Shown here in pieces: positions 53,067 to 61,968 of a DNA stretch of 64,000 nucleotides. The notes under the pieces were generated by a model. That model was not told where the DNA came from. It saw only the letters and a list, made by a program, of their open reading frames with translations, and ran no database searches. A program made the position numbers and the translations under genes. How positions within the stretch are numbered: the stretch's first letter is position 1; each line of letters begins with the position of its first letter. This DNA comes from an uncultured bacterium. GTDB taxonomy: Bacteria > Krumholzibacteriota > Krumholzibacteriia > LZORAL124-64-63. Location: contig CAVSGO010000007.1 in NCBI GenBank assembly GCA_963727525.1, forward strand, positions 128,001 through 192,000, read 5' to 3'.

Positions 53067-54263
53067 ATGAACTGTATGCCAACAGGTGTGGGCATCTTGA
53101 CGCCGGCCGAACGGGTGTTGCACGACGGATTCGTGGGTGCTTCTCGCAACCTCCGTGCAGAGGTGGTCAGGACGGCGGCATACCTGGTCGCGATCCACGA
53201 TCGGAAGATCCACAAGGCGCTCGGGTTTCCGCGCATCGCGGACTATGCGCTCGCACACGCCGGGATCTCGCCGCGCACGACGGTGGAGTTCCTCAGACTC
53301 GGGCGCCAGTTGCACGCGCTGCCCCTATTGCGGGAGGCGCTTGCAAAGGGGGACCTGAGCTGGGCACGAGCTCGCGAGATCAGCGCGCACGCCACGCCTG
53401 CGAATGAAGCGGAGCTCGTCGACCTGGCGCGCAGGCTCTCACGTGACCAGCTGCGAGAGCATCTTCGCCAGGGAGAAGAATCCACGACTGACGCGCCTGG
53501 AACCACGGAGGCAAGTGCCGTGGACGGCCTGCCGCCCGACGATCCGCGGATGGTACCCACCATCGTGCAAGCTGGGGAACGGACGCCGCAAGAAAGCACT
53601 TCGAGTGCGAACCGCCGCCGCGCGGGTTCGACCTCGCGAGCCGCGCCCCGGCCCGGCGTCACGCTGCGCCACGAGCCTACCCACGGACTCCGCTACGTCC
53701 AGTTCCGTCTCACCTCCGAACAACTCGCACGCTGGGAAGCCTTGCTCGAACACGCGCTGGCGAAGGGCGTCGGAGGTGGTCCCTTCGAGGTGATCCTGGC
53801 GGCGCTCGAGACTCGAGCCGGAAACTTCGGTGGGCCGCCGCCTTACCTGATCGTCTTGCTCACATGCCCGAGTTGCCATGAAGCCCGGCTGATCACCGGG
53901 CGCGGCGAGGTCGACGTCCCGCAGGCACTCCTGGCTGCGGCAACCTGCGACGCGACCGTCGCGGACACGCGGGGCGAACGCCGTCGCACGATCCCGCCGC
54001 GCCTGCGCCGGCTCGCCCTGCAACGCGCTCGGTACCATTGTGAAGCGGCGGGATGCCGGCACACGCGTTTCCTCGAGATCCACCACCGACAGCCGGTGGC
54101 GGCGGGCGGTGGCGACGACCTCGCGAATCTCGTCGTGCTGTGTTCGGCGTGTCACCGGCGTCTGCACGAGCACGAGGCGCAGGTGCGCTTCCACCATGAT
54201 GGCGTCGAGGCGCTCGTGGGATCGTTCGCAAGACTGCCGGGAAAGCGGTCGTCCTCATCCTGA
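53067..54263 (+). CDS. DUF222-like N-terminal domain + HNH endonuclease
   Basis: Helical N-terminus LPLLREALAKGDLSWARAREI; CPSC; RTIPPRLRR...CEAAGC...EIHH...GG..NLVVLCSACHRRLH; start uncertain. Confidence 0.8.
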   Translation: MNCMPTGVGILTPAERVLHDGFVGASRNLRAEVVRTAAYLVAIHDRKIHKALGFPRIADYALAHAGISPRTTVEFLRLGRQLHALPLLREALAKGDLSWARAREISAHATPANEAELVDLARRLSRDQLREHLRQGEESTTDAPGTTEASAVDGLPPDDPRMVPTIVQAGERTPQESTSSANRRRAGSTSRAAPRPGVTLRHEPTHGLRYVQFRLTSEQLARWEALLEHALAKGVGGGPFEVILAALETRAGNFGGPPPYLIVLLTCPSCHEARLITGRGEVDVPQALLAAATCDATVADTRGERRRTIPPRLRRLALQRARYHCEAAGCRHTRFLEIHHRQPVAAGGGDDLANLVVLCSACHRRLHEHEAQVRFHHDGVEALVGSFARLPGKRSSSS

Positions 54264-54350
54264 GGCGCGTACCAGGTTGCCGATCTCGTGAAGGTGTTGC
54301 AGGGTGCATGCCGGAGACAGAGCGACGAGGATTGCCGATGCACCGAAAAG

Positions 54351-55244
54351 CTACGGACGCATGCCTTCGAGGTAGAACACCTCGAATACCTTCTCATGGA
54401 AGATGGGACCGTGGCCGAAGTAGCCCTCCTCGCCGAAGAGCTCGCCGTGGTCGCTCATGACCATGAAGTAGGTGTTGGCAGGGCATCGTTGCATGAATTC
54501 GCCGACGACGCCGTCAAGGTGCTCGGCGCAGACGATCTGCTTGTCGCGCAGGGCGCGGAATTGCTCGGGCGTGAAGAACTCTTCCTCGCGACGGTCCTTG
54601 ATGAACTCGCCCGGCCTGCGCAGGAACTCATCGAGCGACTTGAACACGCCGTGCACGCCGCTCAGGTGGGGGAGATCCTCGGCCGACTCACCAGGAAGCA
54701 GGTAAGGGTAGTGCGTCTCGCCGGTGTTGATGAAGAAGAAGCTGGGGCGGTCATCACGGAAATTGAGATTCTTCAGGATGACGCCAAGGTCGTTGTGGTG
54801 CGGTGCCAGCTCGTAGCGGTCGAAGTGAGCCGACAGCGACGTCATCGGGTTGAGCACCGGCAGCGAGACCCAGCCCTCGCACCAGTAGCCGTGATCCTTG
54901 AGGAACGAGGGGAGCGAGAGTTGCGGAACGAATTTGTTGAAGCTCACCTCGGGGATATTGAGGCGACGCGACCAGAGGCTGAATTCCTCGCGGTAGACAT
55001 TGCTGGCGAATACGCCCTTGGGGCTGGTGTGCGGCACCATGCCCATGAGGAACGTGAAGTGGCTCGGGCTCGTCCAGCTCGCGTAGCTGTAGCGCATCTC
55101 GGCGCGTGCAATGCGGTCGAGGTTCGGCGTGCGCGCGGCCTGGAAAGCGTCCCAGCGGCAGCTGTCGAACACGATGAAGACCACATTGTTGGGCTTGTCT
55201 TTGCCGCCCAGGGCACGCTTGATACCGTCGAGGATACCCGCCAT
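54351..55244 (-). CDS. Sulfatase-like/alkaline-phosphatase-superfamily hydrolase
   Basis: IVFDSCRWD, SWTSPSH, ETHYPY, SDHGELFGE..GHG. Confidence 0.8.
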   Translation of the reverse strand: MAGILDGIKRALGGKDKPNNVVFIVFDSCRWDAFQAARTPNLDRIARAEMRYSYASWTSPSHFTFLMGMVPHTSPKGVFASNVYREEFSLWSRRLNIPEVSFNKFVPQLSLPSFLKDHGYWCEGWVSLPVLNPMTSLSAHFDRYELAPHHNDLGVILKNLNFRDDRPSFFFINTGETHYPYLLPGESAEDLPHLSGVHGVFKSLDEFLRRPGEFIKDRREEEFFTPEQFRALRDKQIVCAEHLDGVVGEFMQRCPANTYFMVMSDHGELFGEEGYFGHGPIFHEKVFEVFYLEGMRP

Positions 55245-55369
55245 GACACGCTGTCCTTGCAGAGGGGTTGGTGGTGTCGCTCGCCACAAGGTCGCCCACA
55301 CTCCGGGTAAATGCAAGACCGCCGGCTCCTCGCGGAGCCGGCGGACGTGCGGCGGACGCCACCCGAGCG

Positions 55370-55696
55370 CTAGGCGAGCGCGGCGTCCAGGGCGTTGCTC
55401 AGCTCGCTCTTGGGCTGCACTCCCACGAAGCTGTTCACCATCTGGCCACCCTTGAACAGCATCACGGTGGGGATGCCGCGGATTCCGAACTGGCCGGCAA
55501 GGGCCTGATTATCGTCAACGTTCACCTTGCCCACCTTCACCTTGCCCGCGTACTCGCCGGCGAGTTCCTCGATCACCGGGCCGATCATCTTGCAGGGCCC
55601 GCACCAGGGGGCCCAGAAATCCACGAGCACGGGAACATCACTGTTCTTGACCTCGGACTCGAAGTTGGTGCCGTCGAACTTCTTCACGTCGGCCAT
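55370..55696 (-). CDS. trxA: Thioredoxin
   Basis: VDFWAPWCGPC, GIPT; AAAGGA RBS. Confidence 0.96.
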   Translation of the reverse strand: MADVKKFDGTNFESEVKNSDVPVLVDFWAPWCGPCKMIGPVIEELAGEYAGKVKVGKVNVDDNQALAGQFGIRGIPTVMLFKGGQMVNSFVGVQPKSELSNALDAALA

Positions 55697-55768
55697 GGTC
55701 GACCGTCCTTTCCTCCGCCACTGGCGGCGTAACAACTGGGTTCTTCTCGAAGCATACGCGAGACTCAT

Positions 55769-55784
55769 TGCAGCCGCCGTGCCA
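55769..55784 (-). promoter_or_regulatory. Sigma54 (-24/-12) promoter facing trxA
   Basis: Minus strand TGGCACGGCGGCTGCA (GG-N10-GC). Confidence 0.75.
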
Positions 55785-55877
55785 CTTCGAGGTACCGGCG
55801 GTGTCGGTTTTAAAATGTTTCATTCAAATAAGTTAATGAAGAACATCGTACGCCCGCCACGATGGATGGTCCGTGCG

Positions 55878-55918
55878 TTTGTTGCATGCAACAAAAATGT
55901 TGCAACAAAAACGTTGCA
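55878..55918. promoter_or_regulatory. Overlapping palindromic upstream activator sequences
   Basis: TTTGTTGCATGCAACAAA (18-bp perfect palindrome) plus two TGCAAC-N6-GTTGCA sites at 55887-55904 and 55901-55918. Confidence 0.7.
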
Positions 55919-55961
55919 TGAGACGGTATGCGCGGCGATCCTGGAAGGCGGAGGTACCCCC

Positions 55962-57329
55962 ATGCTGCAGTCTCCGGACACGGCGATGTCGCTCGCCCTG
56001 CTCGACCTTCGCGGCCTGCGTTCGATCGCTGGCGTCCTTCGCGAGGGCGTGATCGTCATCGATCTGGAACTCGTGGTGAGGGATCTCAATCCCGCGGCGG
56101 CCACCATACTCGGACGCCCGGCGGGCGAGATCCTCGGCCACCCTGTGTGCAGTTTGTTCGGCGAAGGCGATTGCCCACGCGACAGCCTGGCCGAGACCTT
56201 GAAGCGTGGACGACCCATCCTGGAATTCCAGACGACGGTGCGCCTGGCGTCGGGGCAACTCGCGCAGGTCTTGCTGCGCACGGTCCCGCTGGCCAGGGTG
56301 GGCGAACAGCCGGGTGGTGTGGCGATCCTCCTCGGCGACGTGACCGAGGTCACGCAGCTTCGCAAGGCGACCAGCGCGCGCGACCATCTCGGCCGGCTCA
56401 TCGGGCGCGACCGCACGATGCAGCAACTCTACGCCCTGATCGAGGATGTGGCCGCGAGCGACGCGAGCGTGCTGATCCGTGGCGCGAGCGGCACCGGCAA
56501 GGAACTCGTGGCGAGGGCATTGCATCAGGGGAGCCGGCGGGCCGACGGCCCATTCGTGCAGGTGAACTGCTCGGCCCTGGCCGAGACGCTGCTGGAGAGC
56601 GAACTCTTCGGCCACGTGAAGGGCGCGTTCACCGGGGCCGTGGCCGACCGGCGCGGACGGTTCGAGGAAGCTGACGGCGGCACGATCTTCCTGGACGAGA
56701 TCGGCGATGTGTCTCCGGCCGTCCAGGTGAAGCTGTTGCGGGTGCTGCAGGAGCGGGTGGTCGAGCGCGTGGGCGACAATCGGCCCGTGCCCGTGGACGT
56801 GCGCGTGATATCGGCGACGAACCGCGATCTCGAGGCGCTCCTCACGTCGGGCCGGGTGCGGGAGGATTTCTACTATCGCATCAAGGTGGTGCGGCTGGAC
56901 ATCCCACCCCTGCGCGACCGTCGCGAGGACATCCCGCTTCTGGTCGATGCTTTGCTCGCGCGCCACGGCGTCGCGCGGACGCCCGTCGCTCCCGACGCCA
57001 TGTCGCGGCTGATGCGCCACGCCTGGCCGGGAAACGTGCGCGAGCTGGAGAACGCGCTTGAACACGCCCTGGTCCTCAGCCGCGGCGGCGAGATCCGCGC
57101 CGAACATTTGCCACCCGAGGTGGGTACCACCGCCGCGGATCGCGACGCCCACCGGGGGCTGCACGGCATCGCGCGCGGCAGTGCCGCCGAACGTGCCGCC
57201 ATCGTCGCGGCGCTCGCGGCCGAGGGTTGGAACCGCGGTCGAGCTGCGCGGCGTCTGGGCATCGACCGCACGACGCTCTGGCGGAAGATCCGGGAGCACG
57301 GCATCGAGTCGGACGATCGCAACGACTAG
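55962..57329 (+). CDS. PAS-domain sigma54-dependent enhancer-binding protein
   Basis: PAS (EGVIVID...NPAA), GASGTGKE, ESELFGHVKGAFTGA, WPGNVREL, Fis-type HTH. Confidence 0.93.
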   Translation: MLQSPDTAMSLALLDLRGLRSIAGVLREGVIVIDLELVVRDLNPAAATILGRPAGEILGHPVCSLFGEGDCPRDSLAETLKRGRPILEFQTTVRLASGQLAQVLLRTVPLARVGEQPGGVAILLGDVTEVTQLRKATSARDHLGRLIGRDRTMQQLYALIEDVAASDASVLIRGASGTGKELVARALHQGSRRADGPFVQVNCSALAETLLESELFGHVKGAFTGAVADRRGRFEEADGGTIFLDEIGDVSPAVQVKLLRVLQERVVERVGDNRPVPVDVRVISATNRDLEALLTSGRVREDFYYRIKVVRLDIPPLRDRREDIPLLVDALLARHGVARTPVAPDAMSRLMRHAWPGNVRELENALEHALVLSRGGEIRAEHLPPEVGTTAADRDAHRGLHGIARGSAAERAAIVAALAAEGWNRGRAARRLGIDRTTLWRKIREHGIESDDRND

Positions 57330-57342
57330 CAAGGAGAGAACC

Positions 57343-58257
57343 ATGGGAACCGGCCGGAAGTGGATGCTGGGTTGCGGGATCGGGTGTGCAGTGGTCCTGG
57401 GATTCGGTGCCTTGCTCACCGGCGGCACCGTGATGCTCGTCAAGCACGCCGTTGAGAACTTCCACTCGGCGAAACGTACGCAGGAGACGCTCGTCAATCT
57501 CTACGGCCCCATCGAGAGCTACACGCCTGCCTGGGACGGCACCCTGGCGCCCGAACGCGTGGAGCGATTCCTGAAGATCCGCGAAGCGACCGGTGCCGAC
57601 CGTGGCGTCCTCGCGCACGGCATCACGGAGGAACTGCCGGACGTGAAGTCTCAACCAAGGTCGCCGCGCCGGACCTGGCGCGGACTGCGTCTGGGCATGG
57701 GGCTCGCGAACGGGCTGAGCGCGTACGTACAGCGGCGCAACGAGGCCATGCTGGATGCTGGGATGGGCCCCGGCGAATACGCGTATCTCTACTGTGTCGT
57801 CTATTTTGCCTGGCTTGGCGAGGATCCGGGTGCCGGACCGCCCAACGTGCATCTCGGCAATCGGGGGCGCTCCAGGATCTTCTCGTTTGATACGAACGAC
57901 GATCGCTGGCAGAACGACGAGGGACGGCGCTACGAGATCAGGACACGCGCCAACGCCTGGATGCGCGCGATCCTGTCCAACCAGCTCGCCGCCGTTCCCG
58001 ACACCGGGGGCGCCGAGGTTTCGCCCTGGCGAGCGCAGATCGCGGCCGAGGTCCAGAAGCTGGAGGACGACAAGGCACGCGTGCCCTGGCAGGATGGCCT
58101 GCCCGAGACCACACGGGCGAGTCTGGAGCCATTCCGTGACCGGCTCACCGCACAGTGGTCGCCCATGACAAACCTGCTCGAGCTGCTTTTTCTGGATTCC
58201 GCGAGCACCGACTCGTCGAAGCATGACCGGCACCGCCGCGATCGCGACAAGGTCTGA
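57343..58257 (+). CDS. Hypothetical membrane-anchored protein
   Basis: AAGGAG RBS; KWMLGCGIGC followed by a TM segment. Confidence 0.7.
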   Translation: MGTGRKWMLGCGIGCAVVLGFGALLTGGTVMLVKHAVENFHSAKRTQETLVNLYGPIESYTPAWDGTLAPERVERFLKIREATGADRGVLAHGITEELPDVKSQPRSPRRTWRGLRLGMGLANGLSAYVQRRNEAMLDAGMGPGEYAYLYCVVYFAWLGEDPGAGPPNVHLGNRGRSRIFSFDTNDDRWQNDEGRRYEIRTRANAWMRAILSNQLAAVPDTGGAEVSPWRAQIAAEVQKLEDDKARVPWQDGLPETTRASLEPFRDRLTAQWSPMTNLLELLFLDSASTDSSKHDRHRRDRDKV

Positions 58258-58263
58258 CGACGG

Positions 58264-60357
58264 TCAGGCGAACTGCTCGCGATCCGAGAGGTCGGCGACC
58301 AGCTGCTCCTGGATGGCGGGCAGACGCGCCGGTGCCAGGCCCAGCTCGGGGGCGTGGCGGGCCAGTATGTCGCCGATGAGCGAGGCCTCGGCCACCGTAC
58401 CGGCGCCGTCGCGTCGTCCCAGCGCGTTGGCGCAGGCCGTGATACACGCGAGGCGCAAGAAATCGCCGGCGGCATGCGGGTCGTGATGCCAGCGCGTGCT
58501 GGCGATCAGCTCCGGCGGCAAGTCCCATTTCTGGAGCAGCCGCGCGCCCACCTCGGTGTGGTCGAAGCCGAGAACCCGCATCTCCGCGGCCACGCTGCCG
58601 ATGCGCGCCGATTCCTGCAGGCGCAGCGCCTTCAGGGCGTCGTCGGGCACGTTGAGCAGGAAGATCACCTTGCCGATGTCGTGCAGGACCCCGGCCACGA
58701 AGGCCTCGTCGGGATCGGCATAGCCGGCGGCCGCCGCCACGTGCCGGGCGGCGATGCCGCTGGCCACGGAGTGGTCCCACAGCGCTCGCGCGTGCAAGCC
58801 GATGCGCGGGTTGTCCATGGGAAAGAGCGCGCGGGTGGAGACCGCGATCACCAGGCTGCGCGTCGAGCGCATACCCAGCCGCACGATGGCCTGGTTCACG
58901 CTGCCGGCCTTCTGCGCGCTGCCGTAGAGACTCGAGTTGCTCACCTTGATCAGGCGCGCCACCAGGGCCGGGTCCTGGGACAGCGTGGAGGTCAGATCCG
59001 CGATCGAGCACTCGGGGTCGGAAAGCAGATGCAGGATCCGCGCGACCACGGCGGGCATGGGTGGCAGGTCCTTGATCGCGCCCACCATGCGGTCCACGGC
59101 GTCGCCCTCCGCGACGACGGGCGCGACGGCGGGCGCGGTGGTCGGGACGGCCACCGGTTCCTCCGCCATCGGCGCCAGCACGTGCCAGGAGAGCAGCTCG
59201 AGGTACCGCAGCGGCCCGGGACCGTCGGGGGTGGGGCCGGCGGCGGCGTAGAGCAGGAGCCGGAGCCCGTCGATCTCGCCCAGAGGCACCACCGCGCAGT
59301 CGCCGGCGGGGGGGGCGACCCCGAGCGACTCGAGCAGGGGTGAGGCGAAGACACGACCGATGAATGGCAATTGCGACTCGCATGCCCGCAGGAGGATCGA
59401 ATCGAGATCGAGGGGCACCGCGAGATTCTTGCGGTCCTGGGTCGTGAGTCCGTGCCGCGCGTCGCGGCGGTAGCTCAGACAGCGCACCACGGTCCCCTCG
59501 CGCGTGCCGAGCAGGAGAGTGCAGCCGAAGTGATCGCGGCAATATCCTGCCAGCTCACGGATCTTTGCCTGGGTGTCGACCGCGCGCAGCAGGCTGCGCA
59601 GCGTGCGGCGGAAGGCAGCGAAATGGCTGTCGCTATCGGGCGTGGCCTGCGGCATCGGGGCGGCCGAGGCAACCCCCTGGATCCATCCTGCCGAGATCGC
59701 CTCACCGAGCGCCGCCATGATGTCGGCCGTCGGCAGCGGAGCGTGAGCGACGAGTTCGCGCACGGTTGCCTGCCCGTTCGCGTGGTCGAGAAGGTAGCGA
59801 ACCGCCACGTTCCCGGGCTGCGCGTCGCGGCCGGCGGGCGTGACAAGGATGGCGCGGTCGAGGGAGCCCAGCCGGCGGAGTGTCTCCCGGTACTCATCGA
59901 TCTGACGCGTCACGTCGAACGTGAGCGCCTGGGAGTCGAGCGACGGCAAGTAGGGGTTGGCCTCGACGGGGATCTCGGCGAGCTGGAACTCGCCGCGCTC
60001 CCACAGGAAGAGCTGGAACACGGCCTCGCGCGCCCCGGCCGCCAGCACCGGGCCGAGATCGTCTGCACGCGCGTCCGCCAGGCTCTCCAGCACCTGCCAG
60101 AGAGGCAGTTCTGTTTCCTGCACTGCCCGGGCGACATCGTCGAGCAAGGCGGGCGGCACGATGTCGCGCTGGCGGAGCATCGCCAGGACCCGCGCGTCGG
60201 CCGCCTCGCTCTGCACGTCGACGAGCAGGCCGCGCTGGAAGCTGAGGTTGAGGCTGCCCGCGTCGGTGCGCACGGTGAGGACGCCTTCCTTGTTCAGGTG
60301 AGCAAGGAAGACCAGGAGGTCGGCCGGCGCGAAGTTGGCGATATCACCCTGCAGCAT
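58264..60357 (-). CDS. DUF4388 (PatA_N-like) + HDOD domain protein
   Basis: LQGDIANFAPADLLVFL...WERGEF; LPPMP, QDPALVARLIKVSNS, GVLHDIGK, GFDHTEVG. Confidence 0.85.
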   Translation of the reverse strand: MLQGDIANFAPADLLVFLAHLNKEGVLTVRTDAGSLNLSFQRGLLVDVQSEAADARVLAMLRQRDIVPPALLDDVARAVQETELPLWQVLESLADARADDLGPVLAAGAREAVFQLFLWERGEFQLAEIPVEANPYLPSLDSQALTFDVTRQIDEYRETLRRLGSLDRAILVTPAGRDAQPGNVAVRYLLDHANGQATVRELVAHAPLPTADIMAALGEAISAGWIQGVASAAPMPQATPDSDSHFAAFRRTLRSLLRAVDTQAKIRELAGYCRDHFGCTLLLGTREGTVVRCLSYRRDARHGLTTQDRKNLAVPLDLDSILLRACESQLPFIGRVFASPLLESLGVAPPAGDCAVVPLGEIDGLRLLLYAAAGPTPDGPGPLRYLELLSWHVLAPMAEEPVAVPTTAPAVAPVVAEGDAVDRMVGAIKDLPPMPAVVARILHLLSDPECSIADLTSTLSQDPALVARLIKVSNSSLYGSAQKAGSVNQAIVRLGMRSTRSLVIAVSTRALFPMDNPRIGLHARALWDHSVASGIAARHVAAAAGYADPDEAFVAGVLHDIGKVIFLLNVPDDALKALRLQESARIGSVAAEMRVLGFDHTEVGARLLQKWDLPPELIASTRWHHDPHAAGDFLRLACITACANALGRRDGAGTVAEASLIGDILARHAPELGLAPARLPAIQEQLVADLSDREQFA

Positions 60358-60462
60358 GGACCGGTCCTCGACGGCACGAGACGGAGACGCGCGCGCCGGG
60401 TGCGGCGCCCTCACTTGCGTTTTCGGCAAGGATCGGGGCGACCTTGAGCACAAGGGAGGGCA

Positions 60463-61854
60463 CTAGCCGGCATCAGGTTTCGCCATCCTGCGGGGGTCGA
60501 TCAGCGCGTCATACTGTGCACCCGTGAGGTAGCCGAGCGCGGCCGCGGCCTCGCGCAGCGTCGTGCCTTCGGTGTGGGCCCGGTGCGCGATCTCGGCGGC
60601 GTTGTCGTAGCCGAGCGTGGGGGCGAGGGCGGTGACGAGCATGAGGGAGCGTCCAACGACGTTGTCGACGTGGCGCTGGTCCGGCGCGATGCCGCGCGCG
60701 CAGTGGGCGTCGAAGGCGGTCATCATGTCCGCGAGGAGGCCGATGGCGCGCAGCACGGTATCGGCGATGAGCGGCTTGGTCACGTTCAGCTCGAAGTTGC
60801 CCTGGCTGCCGGCGATGGCGACGGCCGTATCGCCGCCGATCACGCGGGTGCACGCCATGATCAGTGCTTCGGCTTGCGAGGGATTGACCTTGCCAGGCAT
60901 GATCGAGCTTCCGGGCTCGTTGGCCGGCAGCGTCAGCTCACCCAGCCCGCAGCGCGGGCCGCTACCCAGCCAGCGCACGTCGTTGGCGATCTTGATCAAC
61001 GCCACGGCGAGCTGACGCAGCGCCGCGCTCACGTGCACGAGCCCATCATGCGCGGCCGTGAGGGCGAGTCGGTCATGCGCCGGTGTGAAGACCTCGCCGG
61101 TGAGTGCGCCGAGGCGCCGGATGGCCCGCACGGCGAACTCCGGGTGCGTGTTGAGCCCGTTGCCCACGGCGGTGCCGCCCAGCGGCAAGGCGCGAAGCGT
61201 GTCGGCTCCGGCGGTGATCGTGGCATGGGCCGCGTCGAGCTGGCTCGCCCAGCCCTGACATTCCTGACCCAGCGTGACGGGCGTGGCATCCATCAGGTGA
61301 GTGCGGCCCGTCTTGACGACGTCGGCCCAGCGCACCGCCTGCTCGCTGAAGGTGCCCTGCAACGCGGCCAGCGCGGGCAGGAGGCGCTGGTGCGTCTGCA
61401 CGACGACGGCCACGTGCATGGCGGTCGGGAACGTATCGTTCGTCGACTGGCCGCGGTTCACGTGGTCGTTGGGGTGCACGCGCCGCGCCGCGCCGCGGCC
61501 GCCGCCGAGCGTTTCGCTTGCGAGGTTGGCCAGCACCTCGTTGAGGTTCATGTTGGTCTGCGTGCCGCTGCCGCTCTGCCAGGGTCCCAGGGGAAACTCG
61601 TCGTCGTGCGTACCGCGGGCGACGTCGGCGGCCACGGCCGCGATCGCAGCGGCGATCTCGCAGGGCACCAGGCCCAGGGCGCCGTTGGTCTCGGCGGCGG
61701 CTTGCTTGATGGCGGCGTAGGCATGGATCAGGGCTCGGGGCAGGGGAGCGTCGGTGGGAAAGTGGGCGAGCGCCCTCTGGGTCTGTGCGCCCCAGGCGCG
61801 TGCGGCCGGCACCTCGACGGTGCCCAGCGAGTCGGATTCGGTGCGGGTGGTCAT
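60463..61854 (-). CDS. fumC: Class II fumarate hydratase
   Basis: GSGTQTNMN, HPNDHVN, GRTHLMDA, GSSIMPGKVNP. Confidence 0.93.
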   Translation of the reverse strand: MTTRTESDSLGTVEVPAARAWGAQTQRALAHFPTDAPLPRALIHAYAAIKQAAAETNGALGLVPCEIAAAIAAVAADVARGTHDDEFPLGPWQSGSGTQTNMNLNEVLANLASETLGGGRGAARRVHPNDHVNRGQSTNDTFPTAMHVAVVVQTHQRLLPALAALQGTFSEQAVRWADVVKTGRTHLMDATPVTLGQECQGWASQLDAAHATITAGADTLRALPLGGTAVGNGLNTHPEFAVRAIRRLGALTGEVFTPAHDRLALTAAHDGLVHVSAALRQLAVALIKIANDVRWLGSGPRCGLGELTLPANEPGSSIMPGKVNPSQAEALIMACTRVIGGDTAVAIAGSQGNFELNVTKPLIADTVLRAIGLLADMMTAFDAHCARGIAPDQRHVDNVVGRSLMLVTALAPTLGYDNAAEIAHRAHTEGTTLREAAAALGYLTGAQYDALIDPRRMAKPDAG

Positions 61855-61968
61855 GGGCCAGGTCCTTTCGTTCGTGCACAGCATCGTCACGAAGCGACGG
61901 GGAGACAAACGCGCGAGCCGGCCCCGCGGGGGACCGGCTCACGATGGTGTCAGGCATGACGATGCGGT

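Noticed and set aside
52852..54302. CTGCAACGCC / GGTGTTGCAG as terminal inverted repeats around the HNH gene
   Set aside because: Only 10 bp with a mismatch, which is expected by chance
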